Assembly: GCA_002256395.1 (NCBI GenBank)
Contig: NKJG01000002.1
Span: 209,098 to 273,097, forward strand
Source: Bacteroidetes bacterium B1(2017)
Lineage (GTDB): Bacteria > Bacteroidota > Bacteroidia > UKL13-3
Direction of reading: 5' to 3'
DNA: 64,000 nt
Below, one piece after another: positions 1 through 10,296 of this stretch. The position numbers were made by a program, and so were the translations under genes. The notes beneath the pieces are model-generated. The model was not told where the DNA came from. It ran no database searches and saw only the letters and a list, made by a program, of their open reading frames with translations. Position 1 is the first letter of the stretch, and every line of letters begins with the position of its first letter.

Positions 1-3000
1 TTCAATAGCAAGTATTTCCTTACCCATAAGGTCAATCAGTTTTAGGGTTGAACTCGATTTCGAATTTGTGTTTATTGAAATACTCGTATTTGTAGGGTTA
101 GGATAAACCGAAATGCTTGGCTCAATGAATTCTTCACTTGATAAGCCTGTAGAATGAGGCCTATTATTGCTTATCCAAATGCTAAACCTATTATTACCAA
201 ACGAGGCTGTATCTGAAGTTACATTGAATGATTTTATCAAAGGTTCTCCATTTAGTAGTTGAGTTTCGGTATGCGTGTATTTATCTAATAAAAATACTTG
301 GTAGAAATTAGGAAGACTTAGGCTTTCAACCTTTATAGTGTAGTTTCCTTGGGTGGCTGAACCTAAGCCTAGCGGAAGCTCTTTTTCACTATTATCTTCA
401 ATATTAGCAAGTGTGTTAATAGCATATTTCTTATTGTTTACATCATAGGAATAAATATTTACACCACTAGCATTTCCCATTTTTTCGGCATCTGCATCTT
501 CGTCAAATAAATCGGTTTTGTTTCGGTTAAATATAATTAAATGTTCATCCGATTTAGAGTTACTATTACTAAGGGTTAATCTAATTTCAAAGGGTTTATT
601 TCCCTTAAACATATTCGATGCAGCACTATTTGTTTTAGCAGCCTCTGTAACAGAAAGGATAGGGGATGCTGCATTTGCTTTTACAAAAAATGCTTGTCCA
701 GATGCAATAATATTTGTACCACCATTGGTTCCACCCGATCCTGTAACATAAGTTGCATATCTATCGTTGGCTGGATCAAAAATCCAAGTAGTTCCCAAAA
801 CATTTGTCTTCGTCCAACTTGCCTGATCCCAATCAATAGCGCATGGGTAAGGGTTTCCAACTAAATTCCATCCATCACCATTTAACGCATTGTAAGTAAC
901 AGCAAAAGTATGGTCTCCTGTTTTAACTGTACCACTCGCACTTAATGTTACATCAATGGGTGTATTGTTAGTTCCATCCAATAAGCCACATCCTTGGCTT
1001 CTATTACCTCTTATATAAACATTATAACCTGTTCCTGCAGTTAAGTTAGTAGAGCCAGTATTTGGGATGCTTGTCCAGGCGTTGGTATATACTGTGGCAC
1101 CACTAATATTAGGAGTGGTTGCAACAGGAGTTGCTGTTGCTTCATTAAATGTAAGCATACTTCCGTTATTATTAGTAGAAGCATCAAATCCATTTGAATG
1201 TGCTGTTAAGCTTGGGCAAGCAGTTCCACCAGAACCAGAACCAGTTATATAAATTTGTTGTTGCCAAGATGAGGCAATGGTAGGACCAGAGCTAAAAGGA
1301 GCCGCAAGATTTCTGTATTTTCTTCCAGATGTAGCAGATGGAATATAGCGTTCTACGGTCACATTTCCTGTAATAGAACCACTTGAACCAATAGAGGCAG
1401 TTCCAGTATTATCTGATTTTAAAGTTAATAGTCCGGCTGTGGTCAAGGTTCCGCTAAATGTTATTTGGCCACCAGCAGAAACAGATTTCATACCTGCACC
1501 ACTTATGGTAATATTTACATAAGCCCTAGGTGTTACTGTTTGAGCCGATGCAGAGGTATATTCAATAGTTGAGCCAGAGCCTAACGTAATAGTAGGTGTA
1601 TTAGAAGTACTAATTGTAGTGCTTGTACTGCCGCTAAATCCTTCTGTTTTCGATGTCTTTAAAATTCCATTTATGGTAAAGGTAGCAGACGCACCTGAAG
1701 CAATAAGTTGATTATTTGCAGCATCTAAAATACCACCACTTGCAGCAACAGTTAAGTTTGTAGATGCACCTAAATTTAAGTTGCCAACTAAGGTTGCAGA
1801 AGTAGAAGAACTAATAGTAATACCATTTGTGTTTGTTAAGGTTAATGATGTTCCGCCATTTGTTCCTAATTGAGCGCTAGTTCCTGTAATACTCCATACT
1901 CCTGTTCCAGATGCAGTCATTGCATTGGTTCCACCCAAACCAACAATTCCATATTTAAATGTTTTTGTACTATTACCTGTCCAACCTAAAGTTACCCCGC
2001 TTGCAAGTTCAACCCTGCCATTAAATGTAGTTTGAGTGCCAGCTCCCAAAGAAGCAATGGTTTGTCCAAATCTAAAAATTGGAATTTCTGTGGTTACATT
2101 AGGGAAGTAGGTAACACCTGATGTAGATGGTGAAGAAGATAAATTATACAATAAAATACCACCCGTTTCATAAACATGAGTAGAAGCATTTACGCCAGCA
2201 TTATTAGCAGTTAATCCAGTAGATTCAACACTTAGAATTCCACCGGTTTTAATTCTAATGTTTGAACTAGCAGTATAGGTAAAAGTACTTACAGTGTAAT
2301 TTACTCTTCCACCTGATTCAATACTAATATCATCGCCCGTTCCATTATTAACTGTCATTGCAGCAGAAACTATTAAAATTCCTCCACTTTGAACCACAAC
2401 CTCATCTACAGTAGCTGTTGCAGAAACAGTAACCGTATGGCCGTTTTGAATAGTTATTGTACTATTTGAGCTACTTGGTAAATCTGCAGAAAGTGTTACT
2501 GTTGCATATGTAGAACCACCATTTGCCGATCTTTCCCATGTTTCGCTACCAGAAGTTACTCCATTCCAATTTCCAGTGCGTAATGAGCGATAAATATAAC
2601 TTGCAGGACCCGCATTAATATCAAAACTAGAGCTTGTTACATCCCAGTCAAGAGTAGAAGTTCTTTCGGCATTTAAAGTTAAGGTAGTTCCTGTAACAGT
2701 ATGTGTTAAGCCAGCAAAAGTAGCTAAACCAGAACTAGCTGCCACATCAATAGGTGAACCTGTTAAGGTTCCAGTTGATGTAATTCTAATGGAGCTTGTA
2801 AAATCTAAATCTCTATTTCCATTCCCATCATTTGCACTAACTGTTACATCTGTCATAGCTACATTGCTAGTTGTATTAGCAGGTTGAGCAACAAATGCTA
2901 AAGCTGTTGCAGTAACTTCTAATCTATTCACATCGACGCTTGTAGAAGAGGCTGCAGCCCCAGCACTAGCTGATGCAAAACCAGATAGAGTAGCTGTTGA

Positions 3001-5925
3001 TGTTGCAGAACTAACCGTAAAGGTTAGTTGCTGATTATCTGTTACAGTTGATTGATAAGTAACTCTTAATTCAAAATCTTTTGTTCCACCATCTGTGCTA
3101 GTACTTAAAGTTAGTCCAGAAAAAGTAATGCTTGTTCCACCATTTACAGCAATCTCTGCTATATTACTTGAACCATCAAATAAGGCTGCTGTTCTAATGG
3201 CAGTTGAACCACCTGTGCTAAATGTAATATCTGTTAAAGTAGTGGCTAAGTTATCAGCATCAGTAGTTACACCACCATCGCGCAATGTTAGTCCATTTAC
3301 ACCTACACTATTGGCTAAAGTTAAAGTACTAGAAGTTTGTTTAGCGGCATAATCAACATTACTGGTGTAAGTATATCCAGCGGTATTTGTAATATCAGAT
3401 GCTACCGAAACTGTTCCAGAACCAGTAACCGTAAAGGTATACGTTCCTTCATCAGTATCATTATTAATGATTGTAATTATAGTAGTTTTAGCTCCTGCTG
3501 TGGTTGGGTTAAACGTAACAGTAAAAGTAGTTGTATTACTTGGAGTAATTGGACTGCTTGCACTAGCGGTATTTAGAGTAAAATCTGTAGTATTTGAACT
3601 TGTTATACTTGAATAGGTTAGATCTAAGGTGCCTAAATTTTCAATAGTAAAAGTTGTGGCCGAACCCGAATTGCCAGAAACAATGCTACCAGCGGCATAG
3701 GTACCACTACCCGATACTATACTGGTTACATTTTGTTTTACATTTATTTCTGGAGCAGCAGAAGTTACATTAAATGAATTACTAAGATCTGTAAACGACC
3801 CTTGTGTAGCCGTTAATTGATTTGTGTTTGAAGCTGTTGAAAATACTAAATTATTTAATGTAGCTACACCTGCAACCATTGCAACTGTAGTGGTTGCAGC
3901 TCCTCCAAAAGTTGTTGAACCAGAAGAAATAGTTAAAACAACATTCGATGTATTGTCTAAATCGTAATTTACGTTTGCGTCAATTGCTCTAACAGTTGGA
4001 GATGGGTTCATCACAGAATTTTGAGCTACATGACTTACATTTTGGTCAAAAATTATATCAGTAGTAGCTACTTCAATTTTGTTATTATCTCCACTAGTGG
4101 AAGTGGCTGCTGCCCCAGCATTGGCTGCCGAAAAACCTGATCCCGCTCCGCTTGCTGTTGCCGAAGATACCGTAAATGAAATTTGTTGATTATCTGTAAC
4201 AGAACTTTTAAAAGTAGCTCTTAATGAAAAAGTTTTACTCCCATTATCTGATGGTGCTAAGGTCAGTCCAGAAAAGCTAGAGGTAGCAGTTACCGAAGTT
4301 AGCTCACCAACATTTGTGCTACCATCAAAAATTGCTAGGGTACGAATATTTGAAAAGTTGGCAACTGTAAAAGAAATAGCAGTTAACGTAGTGCTTAATG
4401 CATCTGCATCCGAACTGCCACCACCATCTTGAATATCAAATTGGCCTACTTCAATTGAATTACCACTTGTTAATGTAGAAGCAGTTTGGTAGGCAGAATA
4501 ATCAATATTTGTTGGGTGTGTAAAGCTAGAATTTAAAATAATATTCGACGATGATGAGGATGAATTTGTAATTGAAACATTATCCAACCCTACTGTTAAA
4601 TTTGTAGAACCAGAGGAATTGTCTCTCCAAGATGCCCATCTTAATTGATAATTTGTGCTAGTTGAAAGTCCTGTTATAGATAAAGATGATTTACTTGTAA
4701 CACTATTCAGGATTGGCGTAGATCCACCGGCTGTGAAAGTAACAGAACTCCCAGATACAGAAGTCCAAGACCCCGTTGTACCTGCTCTATATTCTAATTC
4801 AATCCCCATGGTCCTATATCCCGATGCAGAATACAAAACCTCAATGTCATACGAAACATTAACACTAGTTAGTGATCCAGTATTTATAGTTAAAAATGGT
4901 TGATTTAAACCACTCGTTGTGCTACTTGATGTAGCTATCGCAAGTTCTCCGTTTGAGGATAATCCATATCCTAAAAGTCCGCCTGTTGGTTCAGAAGCTA
5001 TTGCACCTGCTTGGGCAGTTAAACCAATTAAAGAACCTGAAGGTGTGGTTGCCAATGCCGTAGCTTGACTAGCAGTAGCACTGCCATCTTGGGCCCTTCC
5101 ATGAAACCCAGCTGGATAGGTAGTAAAGGAGGCAGAGGTTCCAAAATTTTGTGAATAAGGCAAGCTCTGGGGAAAAACTAATGTTACATTATCTATACCT
5201 ATTCCTTGTCCATTGGTTGAACCACCATTACCAGTATATCTCCACCTAAAATAATAGGTAGACCCATTTGTAATACTTAATCCTGTTAAACTTACACTTT
5301 TACTTATTGTAACAGCCGGGTTTGAAATTACCGTATTATTTGCATCCGCTGCGTAGCTTTGGTCTCCAGCTGTTGCAGATGTATTTACACTGGTATTTGT
5401 ACCTCCGTGAAAAAATGTCCAATCAAAAGCTCTTGAACCCGACCTGTATTTTTCATAATCAAAATGCAAATCTAATGCTGTTATTGTGCTGCCGGTATTA
5501 TTTGTGAAGGCAAAAAAGATATCTCTTGGTGAGGTATATGCTCCTGCTGTTAAAAATCCAATAGCCCTCTCTGTTGCACTACCAGTTATACCATTTGCCC
5601 AATTTATTGCACCTCCACTTGATGATGAAGTTACAGCTCCTGATCCTGTATTTCCATAAGCAAGGGTTGTAGCTGTTGTATTTCCAGCAGCTGTCCAATC
5701 GGCTGTATTGTTTCCAAATTTAAATCCTGTTGGTAAACTGGCAGTACCACTTGTTCCAATGGTAAAATCTTGGAAGTAAGTTGAAGAGGTTGTTATACTT
5801 ACTTGACTCATTACACTGTTAGTACCCAAAAACAAGCACATAACACTTAAACCTATAAACCTAAATAAAGAAAACTTGCCTTTACTTTTAGAAAGGCTTT
5901 GATACTGTAAAACACTTTTTTTCAT
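1..5925 (-). CDS. Giant Ser/Thr/Gly-rich cell-surface protein with T9SS (Por) C-terminal sorting domain; partial, C-terminal ~30 aa lie beyond the window start
   Basis: My own minus-strand translation gives an ATG at 5925 (MKKSVLQYQSLSKSKGKF..., signal-peptide-like). The frame stays open to position 1 (...SVYPNPTNTSISINTNSKSSSTLKLIDLMGKEILAIE). The YPNP + I.I + LIDL.GK motif is the Por_Secre_tail signature. Two ~390-aa internal modules repeat (NQQISFTVSSATASG.. and NQQLTFTVSSATSTA..). It is absent from the ORF track only because its stop lies outside the window. Confidence 0.75.
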   Translation of the reverse strand, partial: MKKSVLQYQSLSKSKGKFSLFRFIGLSVMCLFLGTNSVMSQVSITTSSTYFQDFTIGTSGTASLPTGFKFGNNTADWTAAGNTTATTLAYGNTGSGAVTSSSSGGAINWANGITGSATERAIGFLTAGAYTSPRDIFFAFTNNTGSTITALDLHFDYEKYRSGSRAFDWTFFHGGTNTSVNTSATAGDQSYAADANNTVISNPAVTISKSVSLTGLSITNGSTYYFRWRYTGNGGSTNGQGIGIDNVTLVFPQSLPYSQNFGTSASFTTYPAGFHGRAQDGSATASQATALATTPSGSLIGLTAQAGAIASEPTGGLLGYGLSSNGELAIATSSSTTSGLNQPFLTINTGSLTSVNVSYDIEVLYSASGYRTMGIELEYRAGTTGSWTSVSGSSVTFTAGGSTPILNSVTSKSSLSITGLSTSTNYQLRWASWRDNSSGSTNLTVGLDNVSITNSSSSSSNIILNSSFTHPTNIDYSAYQTASTLTSGNSIEVGQFDIQDGGGSSDADALSTTLTAISFTVANFSNIRTLAIFDGSTNVGELTSVTATSSFSGLTLAPSDNGSKTFSLRATFKSSVTDNQQISFTVSSATASGAGSGFSAANAGAAATSTSGDNNKIEVATTDIIFDQNVSHVAQNSVMNPSPTVRAIDANVNYDLDNTSNVVLTISSGSTTFGGAATTTVAMVAGVATLNNLVFSTASNTNQLTATQGSFTDLSNSFNVTSAAPEINVKQNVTSIVSGSGTYAAGSIVSGNSGSATTFTIENLGTLDLTYSSITSSNTTDFTLNTASASSPITPSNTTTFTVTFNPTTAGAKTTIITIINNDTDEGTYTFTVTGSGTVSVASDITNTAGYTYTSNVDYAAKQTSSTLTLANSVGVNGLTLRDGGVTTDADNLATTLTDITFSTGGSTAIRTAALFDGSSNIAEIAVNGGTSITFSGLTLSTSTDGGTKDFELRVTYQSTVTDNQQLTFTVSSATSTATLSGFASASAGAAASSTSVDVNRLEVTATALAFVAQPANTTSNVAMTDVTVSANDGNGNRDLDFTSSIRITSTGTLTGSPIDVAASSGLATFAGLTHTVTGTTLTLNAERTSTLDWDVTSSSFDINAGPASYIYRSLRTGNWNGVTSGSETWERSANGGSTYATVTLSADLPSSSNSTITIQNGHTVTVSATATVDEVVVQSGGILIVSAAMTVNNGTGDDISIESGGRVNYTVSTFTYTASSNIRIKTGGILSVESTGLTANNAGVNASTHVYETGGILLYNLSSSPSTSGVTYFPNVTTEIPIFRFGQTIASLGAGTQTTFNGRVELASGVTLGWTGNSTKTFKYGIVGLGGTNAMTASGTGVWSITGTSAQLGTNGGTSLTLTNTNGITISSSTSATLVGNLNLGASTNLTVAASGGILDAANNQLIASGASATFTINGILKTSKTEGFSGSTSTTISTSNTPTITLGSGSTIEYTSASAQTVTPRAYVNITISGAGMKSVSAGGQITFSGTLTTAGLLTLKSDNTGTASIGSSGSITGNVTVERYIPSATSGRKYRNLAAPFSSGPTIASSWQQQIYITGSGSGGTACPSLTAHSNGFDASTNNNGSMLTFNEATATPVATTPNISGATVYTNAWTSIPNTGSTNLTAGTGYNVYIRGNRSQGCGLLDGTNNTPIDVTLSASGTVKTGDHTFAVTYNALNGDGWNLVGNPYPCAIDWDQASWTKTNVLGTTWIFDPANDRYATYVTGSGGTNGGTNIIASGQAFFVKANAASPILSVTEAAKTNSAASNMFKGNKPFEIRLTLSNSNSKSDEHLIIFNRNKTDLFDEDADAEKMGNASGVNIYSYDVNNKKYAINTLANIEDNSEKELPLGLGSATQGNYTIKVESLSLPNFYQVFLLDKYTHTETQLLNGEPLIKSFNVTSDTASFGNNRFSIWISNNRPHSTGLSSEEFIEPSISVYPNPTNTSISINTNSKSSSTLKLIDLMGKEILAIE

Positions 5926-6208
5926 ATACTATTTTTTATTTTTGATTTCAGTTACTTTAGAGTTAAAATCAAAATCTTACTACTTAACTCGGGGTAAAAG
6001 TCATCTCACTACTTCAACTAAACATCATCCTAATGTTTCGTTTATGTTAATGAAAAAAAATGACTTCATACAGGTGTATTTTATATCCTTCAAAGGACGC
6101 ATACCCCAAAATAATTTGCAAGCAATAGCCATCAACTAAATCCAGTAAACCGGATTTAATTTTAGTTTTAGAAAATTAAAAATGCTTAAGATGCCTAATG
6201 GGCGTAGG

Positions 6209-7450
6209 TTACAGAGTTTGGCTCGAACCCATTTCTTGTATAGCTAAATAAGCCATAAGTCCAGACCCAAGAGCTAATGCGTCTTCATCAATATCAAAAG
6301 TAGGGGTATGCACACCCGAAATAATACCTCTTGATTCGTTCCTTGTTCCTAATCTATAAAAACACGCAGGTGCAACTTGTGAGTAATATGAAAAATCTTC
6401 GGCAGCCATCCAAATATCTAAATCTAACACATTTTCTATACCAAGATATTCTTGCGCAGCAGTTTTTGCTCTAGCTGTAACTTCTGGGTTGTTTTTAAGA
6501 AACGGATATCCTTTTCTAATTTCAAAATCAACAGAACCGCCAAATCCTTCAGCAATACTAGTAGCTGTTCTTAGCATCAATTCATGTGCTTTTGCTCGCC
6601 AGTTTTCGTCAAGAGTTCTAAAGGTTCCTTCTAAATAAACCTCATTGGGTATAACATTAGTAGCTCCATTGGCTATTACTTTTCCAAAGCTTAATACACT
6701 TGGAATAATAGGATTACTTTGTCTACTTACCAATTGCTGCAAAGCTGTAATCATTTGTGCTGTAATTGCAATTGGGTCAATACATAAATGAGGCATGGCA
6801 CCATGACCACCTTTTCCTTTTACTGTAACATATAATTCATCAGTGCTTGCCATATATAAACCACTTCTAAAACCTACCTTACCAACAGGTATAAGTGGCA
6901 TTACGTGCTGACCCAAAATTGTGTTAACAGTAGGGTTTTCAAGAATACCTTCCTGTATCATTAAGCTTGCACCGCCAGGAAGTTTTTCTTCTCCAGGTTG
7001 AAATATAAGTTTAAATGTGCCTTCAAAAAGATCTTTATGATCCATCAATAATTTAGCAACGCCCAATAAACAAGTTGTATGAACATCATGGCCGCATGCA
7101 TGCATTACTCCGTGGTTCTTTGATTTATATTCCACCTCATTGGCTTCAATTATTGGAAGGGCATCCATATCGGCGCGCAGGGCAATGGTTTTAAAGGAAG
7201 GATTTTTTCCTTCAATTAATACTTCCAATCCAGTTACTGCCATTTCCTTTATTTGAGTAATTCCCATTGCCTCTAACTGGGCCCTCACATAGGCAACAGT
7301 TTCAAATTCTTTAAATGAAAGTTCTGGATGACTATGGATATGCCTGCGAATGGTAATTAATTGGTCAGAAAGTGAATTTGCTTGTGATTTAATGCTTGCT
7401 AGTATGCTCATAACTAAAGCAAAAGAAATCATAAAACTCCATTTTACCAA
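6209..7450 (-). CDS. Peptidase M20D-family amidohydrolase (aminoacylase / hippurate-hydrolase-like), secreted
   Basis: 413 aa with an N-terminal signal peptide. It carries the M20 metal-binding motifs HACGHD and MDALP and the dimerisation-domain pattern. Confidence 0.8.
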   Translation of the reverse strand: MVKWSFMISFALVMSILASIKSQANSLSDQLITIRRHIHSHPELSFKEFETVAYVRAQLEAMGITQIKEMAVTGLEVLIEGKNPSFKTIALRADMDALPIIEANEVEYKSKNHGVMHACGHDVHTTCLLGVAKLLMDHKDLFEGTFKLIFQPGEEKLPGGASLMIQEGILENPTVNTILGQHVMPLIPVGKVGFRSGLYMASTDELYVTVKGKGGHGAMPHLCIDPIAITAQMITALQQLVSRQSNPIIPSVLSFGKVIANGATNVIPNEVYLEGTFRTLDENWRAKAHELMLRTATSIAEGFGGSVDFEIRKGYPFLKNNPEVTARAKTAAQEYLGIENVLDLDIWMAAEDFSYYSQVAPACFYRLGTRNESRGIISGVHTPTFDIDEDALALGSGLMAYLAIQEMGSSQTL

Positions 7451-7541
7451 AGACTGACATTATTCATGTAGTTTCAATCGAATGCTTACATTTGATTTGT
7501 CGTTTAAACCTACATAAATTACTAATTCATAAGTAAAGAGT

Positions 7542-7790
7542 ATGCAACTAAATAAAAACATCGCCGTGAGTGAAAACGGATTTATTTTCAACCCGGTTAG
7601 TGGTGATTCATTTTCAACCAACCCAATTGGTCAAGAAATTATTAGGTTAATGAAGGATCAAAAGGATAGAAAAGAAATTACAAAAATTCTGGCAGATAAG
7701 TATGCTGCCGATGATGCCACTATTGAAAAAGATTTAAGTGATTTTTTTCAAATGTTATTGTCGTACCAATTAATAAACGACCATGAATAG
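7542..7790 (+). CDS. PqqD-like small protein (RiPP recognition element fold)
   Basis: 82 aa with a PqqD-type pattern (NIAVSENGFIFNPVSGDSFSTNPIGQEIIRLM...ILADKY.....IEKDLSDFFQML..QLI). It ends in ...DHE, a C-terminal Glu. Its stop overlaps the next ORF's start (ATGAATAG). Confidence 0.6.
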   Translation: MQLNKNIAVSENGFIFNPVSGDSFSTNPIGQEIIRLMKDQKDRKEITKILADKYAADDATIEKDLSDFFQMLLSYQLINDHE

Positions 7791-8832
7791 GCGCAAAATA
7801 ACCGTTGCCGTTTCTGGATTAAATAATATTGATAGTCCAGGCCCAGGTATACCCGTTATTAGAGCATTAAAAGAAAGTACAGAGTTTGATGTTCGAATAA
7901 TTGGTTTGAGTTACGAAACTCTTGAACCGGGATTATATATGCACGATTTGGTTGATAAATCTTATTCTATTCCATTGCCTTCTTCTGGTATGGATAGCTT
8001 ATTGGTGCGTTTAGAATATATACATTCGAGAGAAAAGTTAGATGTTATTATCCCAAATTTTGATGCCGAATTGCATAGTTTTATTAAGCTTGGACCTATT
8101 CTAAAATCAAGTTATAATATCGCTACCTTCATGCCAGATCTAGAAACATTTGAATCGCGACATAAGTCAGTTCTGTATGAATTTGGTGAAAAGAATGAGG
8201 TAAAAGTGCCTAAAGCGAAAATGATTTATTCACCTGCTGAAATAGGAGCAATAGGTCAAGAACTAGGTTACCCTTTAGTTGTAAAAGGTAAATACTATGA
8301 TGCAAGTATTGCGGCAACTCCAGAGCAAGCTGTGAACTATTTTCATAAAATTGCCAATAAATGGGGACTTCCAATTATCCTTCAAGAATTTGTTTCGGGT
8401 AATGAGGTAAATGTTACTGCAATAGGCGATGGAAATGGAAATTGTATTGGAGCTGTTCCTATGCGTAAGTTATATATTACGGATAAAGGAAAGGCTTGGG
8501 CAGGTATTTCATTATTAGATGAGGAGCTTATAAAAATAGCTAATCGTGTAATTGCAAATTCTAAATGGCGCGGAGGTTGTGAACTTGAATTTATAAAATC
8601 AAAAGAAGGAGAGTATTACCTATTAGAAATGAATCCTCGTTTTCCAGCTTGGGTTTATTTAGCTGTTGGTTGTGGTCAGAACCACCCCGAAGCACTTGTG
8701 AAATTGGCACTAGGCGAAGATGTTAAACCCTATGAAACCTATGAAAGCGGGAAGCTCTTTGTTCGCTATTCGTTTGATCAAATAGTTAGCCTTCAAGAAT
8801 ATGAAAAAATTTCAACCTTGGGCGAACTATAA
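7783..8832 (+). CDS. ATP-grasp domain protein (CPSase/PylC-like carboxylate-amine ligase)
   Basis: 349 aa with a pre-ATP-grasp N-domain. It has a GYPLVVKG ATP-binding region and the E(L/M)NPRF motif typical of CPSase/biotin-carboxylase-type ATP-grasp enzymes. It overlaps the PqqD-like gene by 8 nt. Confidence 0.75.
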   Translation: MNRRKITVAVSGLNNIDSPGPGIPVIRALKESTEFDVRIIGLSYETLEPGLYMHDLVDKSYSIPLPSSGMDSLLVRLEYIHSREKLDVIIPNFDAELHSFIKLGPILKSSYNIATFMPDLETFESRHKSVLYEFGEKNEVKVPKAKMIYSPAEIGAIGQELGYPLVVKGKYYDASIAATPEQAVNYFHKIANKWGLPIILQEFVSGNEVNVTAIGDGNGNCIGAVPMRKLYITDKGKAWAGISLLDEELIKIANRVIANSKWRGGCELEFIKSKEGEYYLLEMNPRFPAWVYLAVGCGQNHPEALVKLALGEDVKPYETYESGKLFVRYSFDQIVSLQEYEKISTLGEL

Positions 8833-8893
8833 AAAATACTACCGACATAAAATCATTTAAATAAACATTAAAAAACTTTCAATTTCTATACAT

Positions 8894-10252
8894 ATGGCAA
8901 AGTTAAGTTATGAGCGTCCAGTTATTCAAAAGTTAAATACTGGAAGTATGAATAAATTTGGTACCCGCACAGAATATGCTCCGGTTACCCATATAGAAGG
9001 TGTGGCTGTTAAAGATATTATTGCAGAATATGGTTCGCCAGTTTTTGTTATTAGCGAGCAGCAAATACGAAGGAATTATCAGCAAGCTGTTAGAGCGTTT
9101 AAAACCAGATATCCTAAGGTTCAATTTGCCTGGAGTTACAAAACAAATTACATGAATGCGGTTTGTAATGTGTTTCATCAAGAAGGTTCATGGGCAGAGG
9201 TTGTATCCATTTTTGAATATAAAAAAGCCATAGGTAATGGCGTTCCAGGAAATAAAATTATTTTTAATGGTCCCGATAAATCGGAGGAGGATTTAATACT
9301 TGCGGTTAAAAATAAATCGCTTATTCATATTGATCATTTCGACGAGCTATATATGTTAATTGAAGTTGTTCAGAACCTAAAAATGAAGGCTTCAGTTGCC
9401 ATTCGTGTGAATATGGATGTAGGCGTATATCCAATGTGGGATCGCTTTGGATTTAACTATGAAAATGGCCAAGCTTGGAATGCTATAAATAAAATTATGA
9501 GTCAGCCAGAGCTAGAATTAAACGGTTTGCATTGTCATATTGGAACCTATATGTTAACCTCTGCAGCCTACGCAACTGCGGCTTGGAAGCTGTGCGATTT
9601 GGCTATTAACATAAAGTCTAAATGGAATAAAATAATCCAATACCTTGATTTGGGTGGTGGCTTTGCCTCAGCTAATACGTTGAAAGGTAGTTACCTTCAG
9701 GGGCCAGATATAATTCCAAGTATGGAAGATTATGCAGAAGCAATTTCATCAACCATCCTAAACTTTGGTTTCAAACCGAATGAATTGCCTACCCTGTTTT
9801 TAGAAACTGGCAGAGCTTTAATTGATGATGCAGGCTATCTTTTAGGTTCGGTAATTGCCACCAAACGCTTAAGCGATGGTCGTCGTGCCACCATTATGGA
9901 TTTTGGTGTGAACCTATTGTTTACTGCTTTCTGGTATAACCACAAAATTTCACCTGCACAAGAATTCTCCCACCATACAGAAGATATGGTAGTTTACGGG
10001 CCACTTTGCATGAATATTGATTGTATTAGAGAGAGTGTAAACCTACCATTATTAAGCAAAGGCGATCAAGTGGTGGTTCATAAAGTAGGAGCATACAACA
10101 TGACTCAATGGATGCAGTTTATTCAAATGCGCCCTAATATTGTTATGGTTGATGCTAAGCAGCAAGTTCATCTTATTCGTCATAAAGAATCGGTTGAAAC
10201 CATGTTGCAATATGAGCATATGCCTGCTCATCTTGAAAAGTTTGAGTTGTAG
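8894..10252 (+). CDS. PLP-dependent decarboxylase, Orn/DAP/Arg decarboxylase family 2 (alanine-racemase-like TIM barrel)
   Basis: 452 aa. It carries the family motifs DLGGGF and HCHIGT (HxHxGS-like), and the length matches DapDC/ODC-type decarboxylases. Confidence 0.75.
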   Translation: MAKLSYERPVIQKLNTGSMNKFGTRTEYAPVTHIEGVAVKDIIAEYGSPVFVISEQQIRRNYQQAVRAFKTRYPKVQFAWSYKTNYMNAVCNVFHQEGSWAEVVSIFEYKKAIGNGVPGNKIIFNGPDKSEEDLILAVKNKSLIHIDHFDELYMLIEVVQNLKMKASVAIRVNMDVGVYPMWDRFGFNYENGQAWNAINKIMSQPELELNGLHCHIGTYMLTSAAYATAAWKLCDLAINIKSKWNKIIQYLDLGGGFASANTLKGSYLQGPDIIPSMEDYAEAISSTILNFGFKPNELPTLFLETGRALIDDAGYLLGSVIATKRLSDGRRATIMDFGVNLLFTAFWYNHKISPAQEFSHHTEDMVVYGPLCMNIDCIRESVNLPLLSKGDQVVVHKVGAYNMTQWMQFIQMRPNIVMVDAKQQVHLIRHKESVETMLQYEHMPAHLEKFEL

Positions 10253-10296
10253 AATTTGAACTTTCGAAAAATTAATAGTAAGATGCAATTTGAATT

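Noticed and set aside
518-4903. Plus-strand ORFs (518-751, 1067-1252, 3095-3352, 3337-3576, 4655-4903) inside the first 6 kb
   Set aside because: They lie antisense within the continuous minus-strand giant T9SS protein ORF. Their translations are low-complexity mirror images (V/A/P-rich) of the Ser/Thr/Gly-rich sense strand, so they are spurious.
5942-6139. 65-aa plus-strand ORF in the gap between the giant gene start and the M20 gene end
   Set aside because: It lies in an AT-rich promoter/terminator region and has no coding character. It probably overlaps the giant gene's promoter and the M20 gene terminator (hairpin near 6135-6160).
6181-6200. Sequence 'cttaagatgcctaatggg' resembling the 'taagatgcctga' motif at 27798
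   Set aside because: It is a single 10-nt match, near the M20 stop codon, in an AT-rich genome. It is most likely coincidence rather than a dispersed repeat.
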